Positions 20,762-29,313 of a stretch of 47,126 nucleotides of DNA are shown here, one piece after another (position 1 is the first letter of the stretch; each line of letters begins with the position of its first letter). Source of the stretch: Bacilli bacterium (GTDB lineage Bacteria; Bacillota_I; Bacilli_A; RF39; UBA660); the NCBI GenBank assembly GCA_017462455.1, contig JAFTRC010000051.1, positions 1 to 47,126 of the forward strand. Reading direction: 5' to 3'. A program made the translations under genes and the position numbers. A model generated the notes under the pieces. The model had not been told where the DNA came from, made no database searches, and worked only from the letters and a program-made list of their open reading frames with translations.

Positions 20762-21328
20762 CTAATCTATTAATTTTCTTGCTTGTTCACAACTATCATA
20801 TATAGTATTATATTGTTCTTCTATTAAAGCAGTATTTTCTTGTTCTTTATTTCCTTTTATTTTAAGAAATATAAAGTAAGGTATAACCCAACCTAATATT
20901 CCAACAATACCAAATAATATACCAGGTATATAAAGTGGATTAGAAGCTGTAATTGAGAATACTGATAATGCCATAAATATAGTTCCTATAACACCAATAA
21001 TCATAGCATATGTAGCACCTACTATAACAGGTTCTCTTTCTAATTTTTCTAATTCTTTTAAAGATGTTTCTAGCTTTCTTTGAAGTGATAATAATTTTAC
21101 TTTATTTTTTATTCTTCTATCTCTCTTAAATTTTAAGTTTATTAACTTATTGTCATTAGTGTTAGAATTATTAATATAATAATCTTCGTTATCTACTAAA
21201 GCACTATTGTTAATTAATATCCAACCAAAGTTTTCATAACAATCTATATATAACGGTTCTTTCTCTGATTTTACATTTATTGATAAATATTCATAAGCAA
21301 CAAAATCTTTTGTTTCACTATTTTTCAT
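20762..21328 (-). CDS. Hypothetical membrane protein (2 TM)
   Basis: RBS ggagg before MKNSE; YIDCYENFGW domain followed by two TM helices. Confidence 0.7.
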   Translation of the reverse strand: MKNSETKDFVAYEYLSINVKSEKEPLYIDCYENFGWILINNSALVDNEDYYINNSNTNDNKLINLKFKRDRRIKNKVKLLSLQRKLETSLKELEKLEREPVIVGATYAMIIGVIGTIFMALSVFSITASNPLYIPGILFGIVGILGWVIPYFIFLKIKGNKEQENTALIEEQYNTIYDSCEQARKLID

Positions 21329-21367
21329 AAATACCTCCATCTCAATATAGAATTATAATCTTAATAA

Positions 21368-21383
21368 GTAAATTTATAGTAAA
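21368..21383 (-). promoter_or_regulatory. Direct-repeat box GTAAA-N6-GTAAA (copy 3)
   Basis: 10 nt upstream of TATAAT (21352-21357). Confidence 0.5.
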
Positions 21384-21387
21384 TTTT

Positions 21388-21552
21388 TTATTTTTTTCTA
21401 TCTTTTATTAATCCAATTATAATTATTATTATAGCTATTAATCCTAAAGGAATATAAATATAATCTGGTACACTTACTATAATTCTATCTATGAGGGATA
21501 AAACAATATAAATAACAATACCTATAGCCGGTAATAAACTTTTTTCTTTCAT
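21388..21552 (-). CDS. Small 54-aa membrane protein (not in ORF track)
   Basis: MKEKSLLPAIGIVYIVLSLIDRIIVSVPDYLYIPLGLIAIIIIIIGLIKDRKK; starts 2 nt after the upstream stop. Confidence 0.6.
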   Translation of the reverse strand: MKEKSLLPAIGIVIYIVLSLIDRIIVSVPDYIYIPLGLIAIIIIIIGLIKDRKK

Positions 21553-21554
21553 AG

Positions 21555-22363
21555 TTATCTTTTCCTTCTAAGCTTTTTTATATTATAAGCAATAAAATAA
21601 ATAATTAAAGAACCTAAAAATATTACTTCAATATATATAAGTAAATAAAGTATAAATGGTACACTTTCTTGAATTGTTTTAAATACAGGTAAATGAGTTA
21701 TAAAATATGGACTAATATAAAACATATTAAAAGTTTCTCCGTTTAGTATTCCTGAATTATATATAGTTATATTTAATTCTTCAGCTAAAAATACAAAAAT
21801 TAAGAATACTATAAATGAACTTATAAAGTTCTTTTTATTTATTTCTACTTCTTTACTCATTAATAAATAAATTGATACTACTAAACTACCACAGTGTAGC
21901 CACATAGTATGAATATTTATAAGCATATCACTTGTAAAACAACTATCTGGTAATATTATAGTCATAATACTACCTAGTATTGTTATAAATGACATATATG
22001 ATAGTAAAGCTTTTCTAATTTTATTATTTTTAAGAATAAACAGATAAGTGAGACAAATATAGGGGTTGTACAAAGTTGAAAAGGAGCTGCATACCATTCA
22101 TAATCCCATGTAACAATATTAGTTATAGGATCATAATTAAATGCCCAAATTATTTGTTTTGTTAATTCTAATAATAAAGCTATTACTCCATATACACCTA
22201 ACACTATTTTTAATTGTTTTTCATTATGTCTTTTTCTTAAGATAAATAAAACTATTAAAGATATAATTACAAGTAATATCCATAGAATGTGAAACCAACC
22301 AAATGGTTTAGGTGTCTCCATTTCTCCTTGTAATAAATAAAGTATCTTTTCAAACAAATTCAT
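21555..22363 (-). pseudogene. YwaF/TMEM164-like membrane protein gene with a 1-nt frameshift
   Basis: Two overlapping ORFs (…PFQLCT… and …NMFYISP…) join into one frame if one A is added to the A5 run (T5 at 22027-22031). Confidence 0.7.
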
Positions 22364-22454
22364 ACTACACACTTCCCAACTACTCTTTATTTCTATCTAC
22401 ATTATAATAAAAAACTTACATTTTATCAACTATATTTATCAACCTTTATCATTA

Positions 22455-22481
22455 ACAAATTTACTCTTTTTTCATACTATA
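22455..22481 (+). promoter_or_regulatory. SigK-like promoter of the ABC ATPase gene
   Basis: AC-N16-CATActaTA just upstream of the GGAGG RBS. Confidence 0.5.
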
Positions 22482-22502
22482 AAATAGTTGGGAGGCATTC
22501 TT

Positions 22503-23123
22503 GTGGATAATGTCTTAGAAATTAAAAATTTAAAGAAAATATATCATACTAAAGAAGGAGAAACAGCGGCTGTAGAAGATTTTACTTTTAATTTAAAAGA
22601 AGGAGAATTTGTAGCTATTGTTGGACCTAGTGGATGTGGTAAAAGTACTATATTATCAGTGCTTTGTGGATTAGAAGAAAAATCTGGTGGAGAGATAATA
22701 TTAAAAGATAATACTAAAATAGGATATATGCTTCAACAAGATTCTTTATTTGAATGGAGAAATATATTAAATAATTGTTTATTAGGCTTAGAGATAAATA
22801 AAAACTTAAACAAAGAAAGTAAAGAACAAGTTATAAACTTATTAAATACATATGGACTTAAAGATTTTATATATAGTTATCCAGATAATTTATCAGGCGG
22901 TATGAGACAAAGAGTAGCTTTAATTAGAACGCTCGCGAATAATCCTACTCTTCTTCTAATGGATGAACCATTTTCTGCTTTGGATTATCAAAGTAGATTA
23001 GCTATTTCGGATGATATTTATAATATTTTAAAGAAAGAAAAAAAGACTATGATAATGGTTACTCATGATATAGCTGAAGTTATATTCCTAATTAGTATGA
23101 CTACTTCCTACGGGGTAGTCTAA
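22503..23123 (+). CDS. NitT/TauT ABC ATPase (YtlC-like), 5' part; interrupted after the H-loop
   Basis: GPSGCGKST, LSGGMRQR, LLMDEPFSALD, VTHDIAE; the following VIFLISMTTSYGVV tail is element-derived. Confidence 0.9.
   Translation: MDNVLEIKNLKKIYHTKEGETAAVEDFTFNLKEGEFVAIVGPSGCGKSTILSVLCGLEEKSGGEIILKDNTKIGYMLQQDSLFEWRNILNNCLLGLEINKNLNKESKEQVINLLNTYGLKDFIYSYPDNLSGGMRQRVALIRTLANNPTLLLMDEPFSALDYQSRLAISDDIYNILKKEKKTMIMVTHDIAEVIFLISMTTSYGVV
23052..23105. other. Left attachment site
   Basis: Core 23069-23079; inverted arm ctaattagtatgactact at 23088-23105. Confidence 0.9.
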
Positions 23124-23131
23124 TTGTCTAT

Positions 23132-23160
23132 ATTATACCAAAAACAACAAAAAATAGGAA
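23132..23160 (-). promoter_or_regulatory. Outward-facing SigA-type promoter at the element's left end
   Basis: Extended -10 TGgTATAAT (23132-23140) with a weak -35 TTCCTA 17 nt upstream. Confidence 0.55.
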
Positions 23161-23179
23161 GAACTTGTCTTCCTATTTT
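23147..23179 (-). terminator. Intrinsic terminator after the integrase cassette
   Basis: aaaataggaaga-loop-tcttcctatttt stem with a T tract on the minus strand. Confidence 0.8.
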
Positions 23180-23184
23180 CAGTA

Positions 23185-23382
23185 CTATTTGTCTAGTGAC
23201 TTCATTATGCTTTTATACAATGAAGTATTTGCTTCTTCTTCTAACTTTTGAAGTTCTTCTATTGTTAAAGAATTATTGACATATTCTTCAACTGCTGCAT
23301 TTACTCTTAAAATAAACTTTCTTTCTGCTGTTAATGTTCCATTTTCTTTTATTAAATTTTCTATTTTTTCTACTGCCGTCAT
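23185..23382 (-). CDS. 65-aa hypothetical protein downstream of the integrase
   Basis: RBS aaagga; 22 nt after the integrase stop; followed by the terminator. Confidence 0.65.
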   Translation of the reverse strand: MTAVEKIENLIKENGTLTAERKFILRVNAAVEEYVNNSLTIEELQKLEEEANTSLYKSIMKSLDK

Positions 23383-23404
23383 AACTACTTATTCCTTTCT
23401 ATTT

Positions 23405-24937
23405 TTATTCATTGTAGAACTTAACGCTTATTATCTCTGGTCTTCCATTAATTTTATCTTTATCTCTATTAACAATAACTACTTCTTCTACGAAATTATT
23501 TAGGAATTCCATACGTTCCCTATTAGATAAATATTCCCAGTGTTCTTTTATAGTTTTTGCAATTAAATTTTTATCCACTTGTTTCACTGGGTGATATTGC
23601 TTTTCTAAAGTTTGAAGTTCATTGCTTATTATAGTATACTTGCCATTTAATTCTTCGGTCATATATTTCATTTGACTATGATCTATTTCACTTTCCATAA
23701 ATAAGTGCATAATTTCTTTACGTTTAGTGTCTATCTCTAATAATCTTTTCTTAAGTTGATTAATACTATTTAAGTCTTCATCTTCTTGTTCTGGTGTACT
23801 AAAGTTTTCTATTTCTGTTAATTCTTCGATGTTATCTATAAAATTAAGAAATACTTCTTCTACTTTCTTATGACTCATACCTAAAGCAGTACAAAGTCCT
23901 TTTTCTCTATTAACGCATCTATAACCATAATGAATTAAAGTTGTACCATCTTTTCTTGTCCTAACCGTCCTTTGAGTAGTTAGTTTTTGACCACAAATGC
24001 CACAAACTAAAGTACCACAATAATAAACATTATCTTTTGGGTGATTAGTCCTTGAAATTCTCTTAATTTTCTTAAGTTTTTCCTGTGCTTTGTCCCATTG
24101 TTTTTTAGAGATAATAGGTTTATGTAAGCCATTTAGTTCTTCAAATCCGTTATCATAATTAATACCATACCTAACTCCACCAATATAATTAATATTAGAT
24201 AATATTAATCTTATACTTTTTGGTTGCCATACACTATTAATTACATAAGTTTCATCTGTACCCCTTCGTTTTTGAACTTTGCCTTTCTTTTTAGTAGGGA
24301 TACCTTCCGCATTTAAAATATTAGCAATTTCTGTAAAAGTTTTACCTTCAATATACATTTTAAATATTCTTTTAACTATAATTGCTTCATCTTTATTTAT
24401 TGTTTGAATTTCTTGATGTTTTGGTCTATTATATCCATATGATGGAGTTGCACTACATAAAGATTTTCCTTCTTTAACTTTTTGAATAAACCCCATCTTA
24501 ACACGTTCAACTGTTTGTTCACGTTCAAGTTGAGCAACCGCTCCTTTAATTCGAATATTAAATCTATTTGCTGCAGTTGAAATATCTACATTACCATCAG
24601 ATAAAGTATATACTTGAACTCCCGTTTCTGCCATTATGTCTATAAAATCTTCAGTATCTCTTGCGCTTCTTGAGAACCTATCCATCTTATAGATAAGAAC
24701 TGCATTTACTTGTTTAGACTTTATATCTCCTAATAACCTTTTTACTTCAGGTCGATGTTTAATATCTTTACCAGATACACCTTCATCAGCATATAGATCA
24801 AATATATACCAACCTTGTTGTTTTGCGAACTTAGTAAGATTTTCTTTCTGTGCTTGAATTGAATATCCTTCTTGAACCTGTCGTTCAGTAGAAACTCTTA
24901 TATATAGTCCAACTCGTACTGGTTTATTATCTACCAT
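23405..24937 (-). CDS. Large serine recombinase (integrase)
   Basis: YIRVST catalytic Ser, DRFSR, SYGY recombinase domain, CGICG...C...C zinc ribbon, coiled coil. Confidence 0.95.
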   Translation of the reverse strand: MVDNKPVRVGLYIRVSTERQVQEGYSIQAQKENLTKFAKQQGWYIFDLYADEGVSGKDIKHRPEVKRLLGDIKSKQVNAVLIYKMDRFSRSARDTEDFIDIMAETGVQVYTLSDGNVDISTAANRFNIRIKGAVAQLEREQTVERVKMGFIQKVKEGKSLCSATPSYGYNRPKHQEIQTINKDEAIIVKRIFKMYIEGKTFTEIANILNAEGIPTKKKGKVQKRRGTDETYVINSVWQPKSIRLILSNINYIGGVRYGINYDNGFEELNGLHKPIISKKQWDKAQEKLKKIKRISRTNHPKDNVYYCGTLVCGICGQKLTTQRTVRTRKDGTTLIHYGYRCVNREKGLCTALGMSHKKVEEVFLNFIDNIEELTEIENFSTPEQEDEDLNSINQLKKRLLEIDTKRKEIMHLFMESEIDHSQMKYMTEELNGKYTIISNELQTLEKQYHPVKQVDKNLIAKTIKEHWEYLSNRERMEFLNNFVEEVVIVNRDKDKINGRPEIISVKFYNE

Positions 24938-24960
24938 ATATGCCCCCCAAGATATATTAT

Positions 24961-25056
24961 TTATACTTGTGTCATACGTGGTATAGAAGTTCTAAAAAAG
25001 AACTCTATCATCTTTTCTTGTATAGTTTTGGGTAATATTATCTTTTTGTTTTTCAT
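24961..25056 (-). CDS. 31-aa peptide directly upstream of the integrase (not in ORF track)
   Basis: RBS aaggggga; MKNKKIILPKTIQEKMIEFFFRTSIPRMTQV. Confidence 0.55.
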   Translation of the reverse strand: MKNKKIILPKTIQEKMIEFFFRTSIPRMTQV

Positions 25057-25077
25057 CAAACTTCCCCCTTCTAATTA

Positions 25078-25106
25078 ATATTATGCAATTACTACATATT
25101 TACGAT
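25078..25106 (-). promoter_or_regulatory. Possible SigE-like promoter of the peptide-integrase cassette
   Basis: aTCGTAaa-N13-CATAataT just upstream of the RBS. Confidence 0.4.
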
Positions 25107-25383
25107 AATATTTTGTTATTATAAATTTGTAAGTCCGCCTACTATTAAACGAATACCACATCTAAATTATAATAACAAGTCCCTAACCAAATTTTTTAGA
25201 GATTAGAACAACCTATTCAGAAGTCTAATCTCTATTATTAGTTATTTATTTAGTACCTAGTTAATAACCCCTTATTAGTGTTTGTAGTTTTATTTTTTTC
25301 TTCTTTTTCTTCTTTTTCGTCTTCTTTATCTTAATTATTTTTATATTATTATAGTATTGCTACGAAATCTTATATGATTTCAA

Positions 25384-26421
25384 CTATATATCTAATTCTT
25401 TCTCTTTAGAATTAAGCTGATTATAGTAATCTATAACTTTCTTTAGATGACACCTTTCTATATCAAAACCAACAGATACTAGAGCATCATATAAATTCTT
25501 AATTCCTTGTTCTTTAATTATAATCCCTTCATACTCTAATTCATAGAATGATACCTTTTTCTTTAGTATTTCTAATTTCATTAGTGCATATAAATGATTA
25601 CATAAATTACTAATACCCCGACCATAAAATAGGCAAAGTGGAAATGTAGTATTAGGATATGTCTTATTGCTTTTTATAACTTCAATTTCAAGTGCAGTTG
25701 CTTCTGTAAGTGAATTTGTCATATCTTTAAAATCTTTGTTTATACTTGTAGATTTTATAGGTGTAAGTTTCAGTATTACATCAGAGCAGTACTTAACATT
25801 TTTGCTCCCATATTCCTTAATTACTGTACCTTTCATAGTGTCCACTCGATTTCTATAGTGATTAATTAATATTAACCCAAACTTTTTAGACGCTGCCAAA
25901 GATTTATACTTATTCATAAATATAGTTAAAGGTCTAGAATTATATAAAGTAGCATTAGTTGTTACTGACACACCTTTATTTAAATCTGTAAAACATTTGT
26001 TGATAAGGCCTGCTAAACTGTCAATAATTACTAGTGATATTTCACCTGTATTTATATACATATCTAAGTATTTTTCAACATTATCATATGTGCTTTCTCT
26101 TATATAGAAGAAACTATCATTTACATATTCATTAACACCTGTACTATCAAGTATTTCTTTTGTAATTGACGCTTCAGTATCCACAAATACGACCTTTCTT
26201 TTATCTTTACATAAGTTTTTGGCAAGTTGTAGTGCCAAAGTTGATTTGCCAACTCCACTTTCTGCAATAAATTGAATTGATGATCCTAGTTCAATTCCAC
26301 CTTTTAAGATATGGTCCAAGATAAAGATATTGCTCTTAATAACTTCTACTTCATCAAGATAGTTAGGAAGAGATAGGGCAATATCTTTAGGATTAGCATT
26401 TTGCTTTTCCTTTCTTGCCAT
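25384..26421 (-). CDS. Divergent RecA-family ATPase (RecA/UvsX-like paralog)
   Basis: LDHILKGGI, Walker A AESGVGKST, FVDTE, Walker B VIIDSLA, LILINHYR...G..VKY.S motif order as in RecA. Confidence 0.8.
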   Translation of the reverse strand: MARKEKQNANPKDIALSLPNYLDEVEVIKSNIFILDHILKGGIELGSSIQFIAESGVGKSTLALQLAKNLCKDKRKVVFVDTEASITKEILDSTGVNEYVNDSFFYIRESTYDNVEKYLDMYINTGEISLVIIDSLAGLINKCFTDLNKGVSVTTNATLYNSRPLTIFMNKYKSLAASKKFGLILINHYRNRVDTMKGTVIKEYGSKNVKYCSDVILKLTPIKSTSINKDFKDMTNSLTEATALEIEVIKSNKTYPNTTFPLCLFYGRGISNLCNHLYALMKLEILKKKVSFYELEYEGIIIKEQGIKNLYDALVSVGFDIERCHLKKVIDYYNQLNSKEKELDI

Positions 26422-26434
26422 ACTATCTCCTTCC

Positions 26435-26710
26435 CTACATTAATTGACTTAAATTCATTTCATTTTCTTGTGAAGCAATTAATTTTTTTTGCAGTACATA
26501 GATTTCTTTATCTTTGTCTTTTAATTTGCTTTCTAAAGAGTGAATAATTTCATTCTTTTCAGCAAATTCTTTCTTGTTTAATTCTAATGTTGAAACTGCA
26601 AATGTTAGTTGCTCTTTTGTATGTTCTAATTCTTGTTGTAAATCATAATTAAGTTTTGCTTCTGCTTCAACTGACAAAGAAATTAAATCTAATCCTTTAT
26701 TTTCTTGCAT
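26435..26710 (-). CDS. Small coiled-coil protein
   Basis: Heptad Leu pattern; RBS ggaggt; directly upstream of the RecA-like gene. Confidence 0.7.
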   Translation of the reverse strand: MQENKGLDLISLSVEAEAKLNYDLQQELEHTKEQLTFAVSTLELNKKEFAEKNEIIHSLESKLKDKDKEIYVLQKKLIASQENEMNLSQLM

Positions 26711-26736
26711 AATAAAAACCTCCCTTCATTAAATTT

Positions 26737-26825
26737 AGGTATAATATCTGTATAAGTCTTTTTTTATATAGGTATATATCTGAATAAATGAAAGAAAGTA
26801 AACTATCTAAATAATATCTGTATAA
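26737..26825. repeat. Direct repeats TATCTG(T/A)ATAA
   Basis: ataatatctgtataa at 26741 and 26811; tatctgaataa at 26777; tatctaaataa at 26804. Confidence 0.6.
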
Positions 26826-27069
26826 TAGTTTTTGATATTAGAATCAAAAACTATTGTTTCTTTCTTACGGATTAAGCATACTACTTTTTATAAACGAAGT
26901 CAATATCTTTTTTGACAAATTTTATAATCGCCCTAAAATCCCTTGTATTACAAGCAAAACCACCTTCATAAAAAATTTTTATATATAAAAATCTAATATA
27001 TAAAAGTAAATAATAGAACAGGTAAATTATTATATAATTAGGAACTAAAAGAAACGGGTAAATAGCAAA

Positions 27070-27684
27070 TCATATTTGCTGGCTATTTATTATACCAAGA
27101 TACTTATATATAGATGGCATAGATAAAGAAGTCAATTTTGAAAATTCACTCTTATTAATTTCTTTATTTTGATATTTTGGTAAATAGTAAAAGAATATTT
27201 GAGGTATCTTATCATATGTGGTTTTAGGTCTTCCAAGTTTAATTTTTTTTACATTTTTAGAATAATTTACACCTCTACGAACACGATATCTAATAAGTTC
27301 TGCTTCTAATTCAGAAAATGTCGTAATAAGTTTCATTATAGCAATAGATATTGGGTCTGCGTCACCATTTGTAAAATCTACTACTAATGAACCTAAAGTA
27401 ATTTTTATTTTCTTTTCTTCCGCTATTTTTAATATTTTGCACATACCATTAACACTTCTTGTTATTCTACTTGGTTCAACACATATTATTTGATCTCCTT
27501 GCTTAATTATATCAAGCAATTTATTTAATTCCTTTCTGTCTTCTGAAAGTCCACTCTCCATATCATACATTACAATATCACAACCAAGATGCTTTAATTC
27601 TTGAATTTGTGAATCTATTAATTGCTTACCATTTTTAAATTCTATTTTATCTAATGTAGATATTCTTGCATAACCATATACCAT
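27070..27684 (-). CDS. Small serine recombinase (resolvase/invertase)
   Basis: YGYARIST, SRITRS, FSELEAELI, LGRPK and a C-terminal HTH. Confidence 0.92.
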   Translation of the reverse strand: MVYGYARISTLDKIEFKNGKQLIDSQIQELKHLGCDIVMYDMESGLSEDRKELNKLLDIIKQGDQIICVEPSRITRSVNGMCKILKIAEEKKIKITLGSLVVDFTNGDADPISIAIMKLITTFSELEAELIRYRVRRGVNYSKNVKKIKLGRPKTTYDKIPQIFFYYLPKYQNKEINKSEFSKLTSLSMPSIYKYLGIINSQQI

Positions 27685-27705
27685 ATTTTCACTTCCTTTT
27701 ACGAT

Positions 27706-27817
27706 TAAACGAAATCCCTACAAACATTTCGTTGCAGAAAATCTGCCTATTTTTATATAAATAACCACTATAATTGGCAAGTTTTCAGCATAAACGAAAT
27801 CAAATGATTTCGTTGCA
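27706..27817. other. Candidate res site with three inverted-repeat subsites
   Basis: AACGAAAT-N10-ATTTCGTT (27708-27733), imperfect gaaaatctgcc/ggcaagttttc pair in the middle, AACGAAAT-N6-ATTTCGTT (27793-27814); immediately upstream of the resolvase. Confidence 0.65.
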
Positions 27818-27883
27818 CCTTAATATAAGAACATATAATCTATAATAGTGCAAGAACATAACAAAAAAAAAAAGAAACTTTAT

Positions 27884-28219
27884 CTAGTTTCTCTTTAATA
27901 CTTCTTTACATACATTATTCTTATCACAAATAATTTCTAATCTATCTTGCCATTTATATACTCTAGAATTATTATTTGATACATCAACATCTGTATGTTG
28001 ACCTATGATATCTTCTATATATTTTAAATCTTTTCCTACAATATCACCATTAGCAAACAATTTGTTGACGGGTATATGGTTTACAATCGCTTTTCCTATA
28101 GCTATGAGTGCAGTTGCAACAAATATAGATAGAAGCCCATAAAAATATAAACCGTTTAAATTTAAGAAAAAGCCTAAAATATAACAAACAATAGCAAGTA
28201 ACGCAAATAAGCAACCCAT
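27884..28219 (-). CDS. Hypothetical membrane protein (2 TM plus small domain)
   Basis: RBS aaggag before MGCLF. Confidence 0.65.
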   Translation of the reverse strand: MGCLFALLAIVCYILGFFLNLNGLYFYGLLSIFVATALIAIGKAIVNHIPVNKLFANGDIVGKDLKYIEDIIGQHTDVDVSNNNSRVYKWQDRLEIICDKNNVCKEVLKRN

Positions 28220-28238
28220 GTTAATACAACTCCTTTTA

Positions 28239-28691
28239 CTACCAATCACAAAGTAGTGCTTTAATATTTTGACTATTTTGCAAAGCCGGACCATTTATTT
28301 TGTAAACAAAATCTCCTATTTCAACTTCTCCACCAATCAATTCTAGGCTTACATAAACATCGGTATTATACAAGCCATACATATTATACATTTTTAAGTA
28401 CATTAATTCTTCCCCTGATACACTTGTACCTTTCTCAACTTTATAACTAAAATCAATACCATTTTTATTATAAACAGCATCAATTCTATCAATTCCTTCT
28501 TGTAAAGTAAATTCAGAACAATCTGATAACGGAGAAGCCAAATATTCATTTACTTCACTATTATGACTACCAGTAATATTAAAAATTAACATTATTATTC
28601 CCAAAACAACAAATACGCCAATAAATGCAACCCATACATAATTGGGTTTATTTGTATTCTCATTACTCTTAATTACTTCAACTTTTGCCAT
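28239..28691 (-). CDS. Hypothetical membrane-anchored protein
   Basis: Single N-terminal TM; adjacent to the upstream gene. Confidence 0.65.
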   Translation of the reverse strand: MAKVEVIKSNENTNKPNYVWVAFIGVFVVLGIIMLIFNITGSHNSEVNEYLASPLSDCSEFTLQEGIDRIDAVYNKNGIDFSYKVEKGTSVSGEELMYLKMYNMYGLYNTDVYVSLELIGGEVEIGDFVYKINGPALQNSQNIKALLCDW

Positions 28692-28693
28692 AA

Positions 28694-28969
28694 CTAATCC
28701 TCAATTAATTCAAAATAACCTTCTTTAAAAGCACGTGAATAATGTGTTATAAATGATAAATCAATACACTCATCTTTTTTAGTAGGTTTAGATATTTTAA
28801 TTACGCTTGATTTTCCTGATCCACCTTTTAATTGAACTGTATGCTCTTCATCAGATACTGACAATACAGTTGTCTTATTTCCTCTTACCTTTATAATCTT
28901 TTCATCATCAACAAATATGTTATAAGTTTCAAAAATACCTTGTAATTTTGCACTTATTCTCAGTTCCAT
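28694..28969 (-). CDS. Hypothetical protein
   Basis: RBS ggag; TTGACT -35 upstream. Confidence 0.6.
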   Translation of the reverse strand: MELRISAKLQGIFETYNIFVDDEKIIKVRGNKTTVLSVSDEEHTVQLKGGSGKSSVIKISKPTKKDECIDLSFITHYSRAFKEGYFELIED

Positions 28970-29061
28970 ATAACTCCACTCCTTCTAGTATAATATTATC
29001 ATGAAAACACATACAAGTCAATCTAACAGACGACATTTCTTACAAATTAAAAGACAATCTT

Positions 29062-29313
29062 TTAGTTGTCTTCTTTAACATCATCAAATAATTGTCTTAT
29101 ATCTATTTCTAATGCAGTAGCAAATCTTCCTAATGCTTCAAGCGTAGGTGTTTTATCTATACCTAAACTTTCTAAATCTCTTACATACCCATGTGTATAG
29201 TCTGTCTTATCTGCTAATTCTTGCAATGTATATTTTCTCATTAATCTGTATTTTCTAATGTTCTTTCTCACTAATTGAGATAAAGTTTGTTTGTCATAAC
29301 TTCTCACAGACAT
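29062..29313 (-). CDS. XRE-family HTH transcriptional regulator
   Basis: NIRKYR..RKYTLQELADKT...YVRDLE...PTLEAL pattern. Confidence 0.88.
   Translation of the reverse strand: MSVRSYDKQTLSQLVRKNIRKYRLMRKYTLQELADKTDYTHGYVRDLESLGIDKTPTLEALGRFATALEIDIRQLFDDVKEDN

Noticed and set aside
27863-27873. A11 tract as a phase-variable promoter spacer
   Set aside because: I could not place it between credible -35 and -10 boxes
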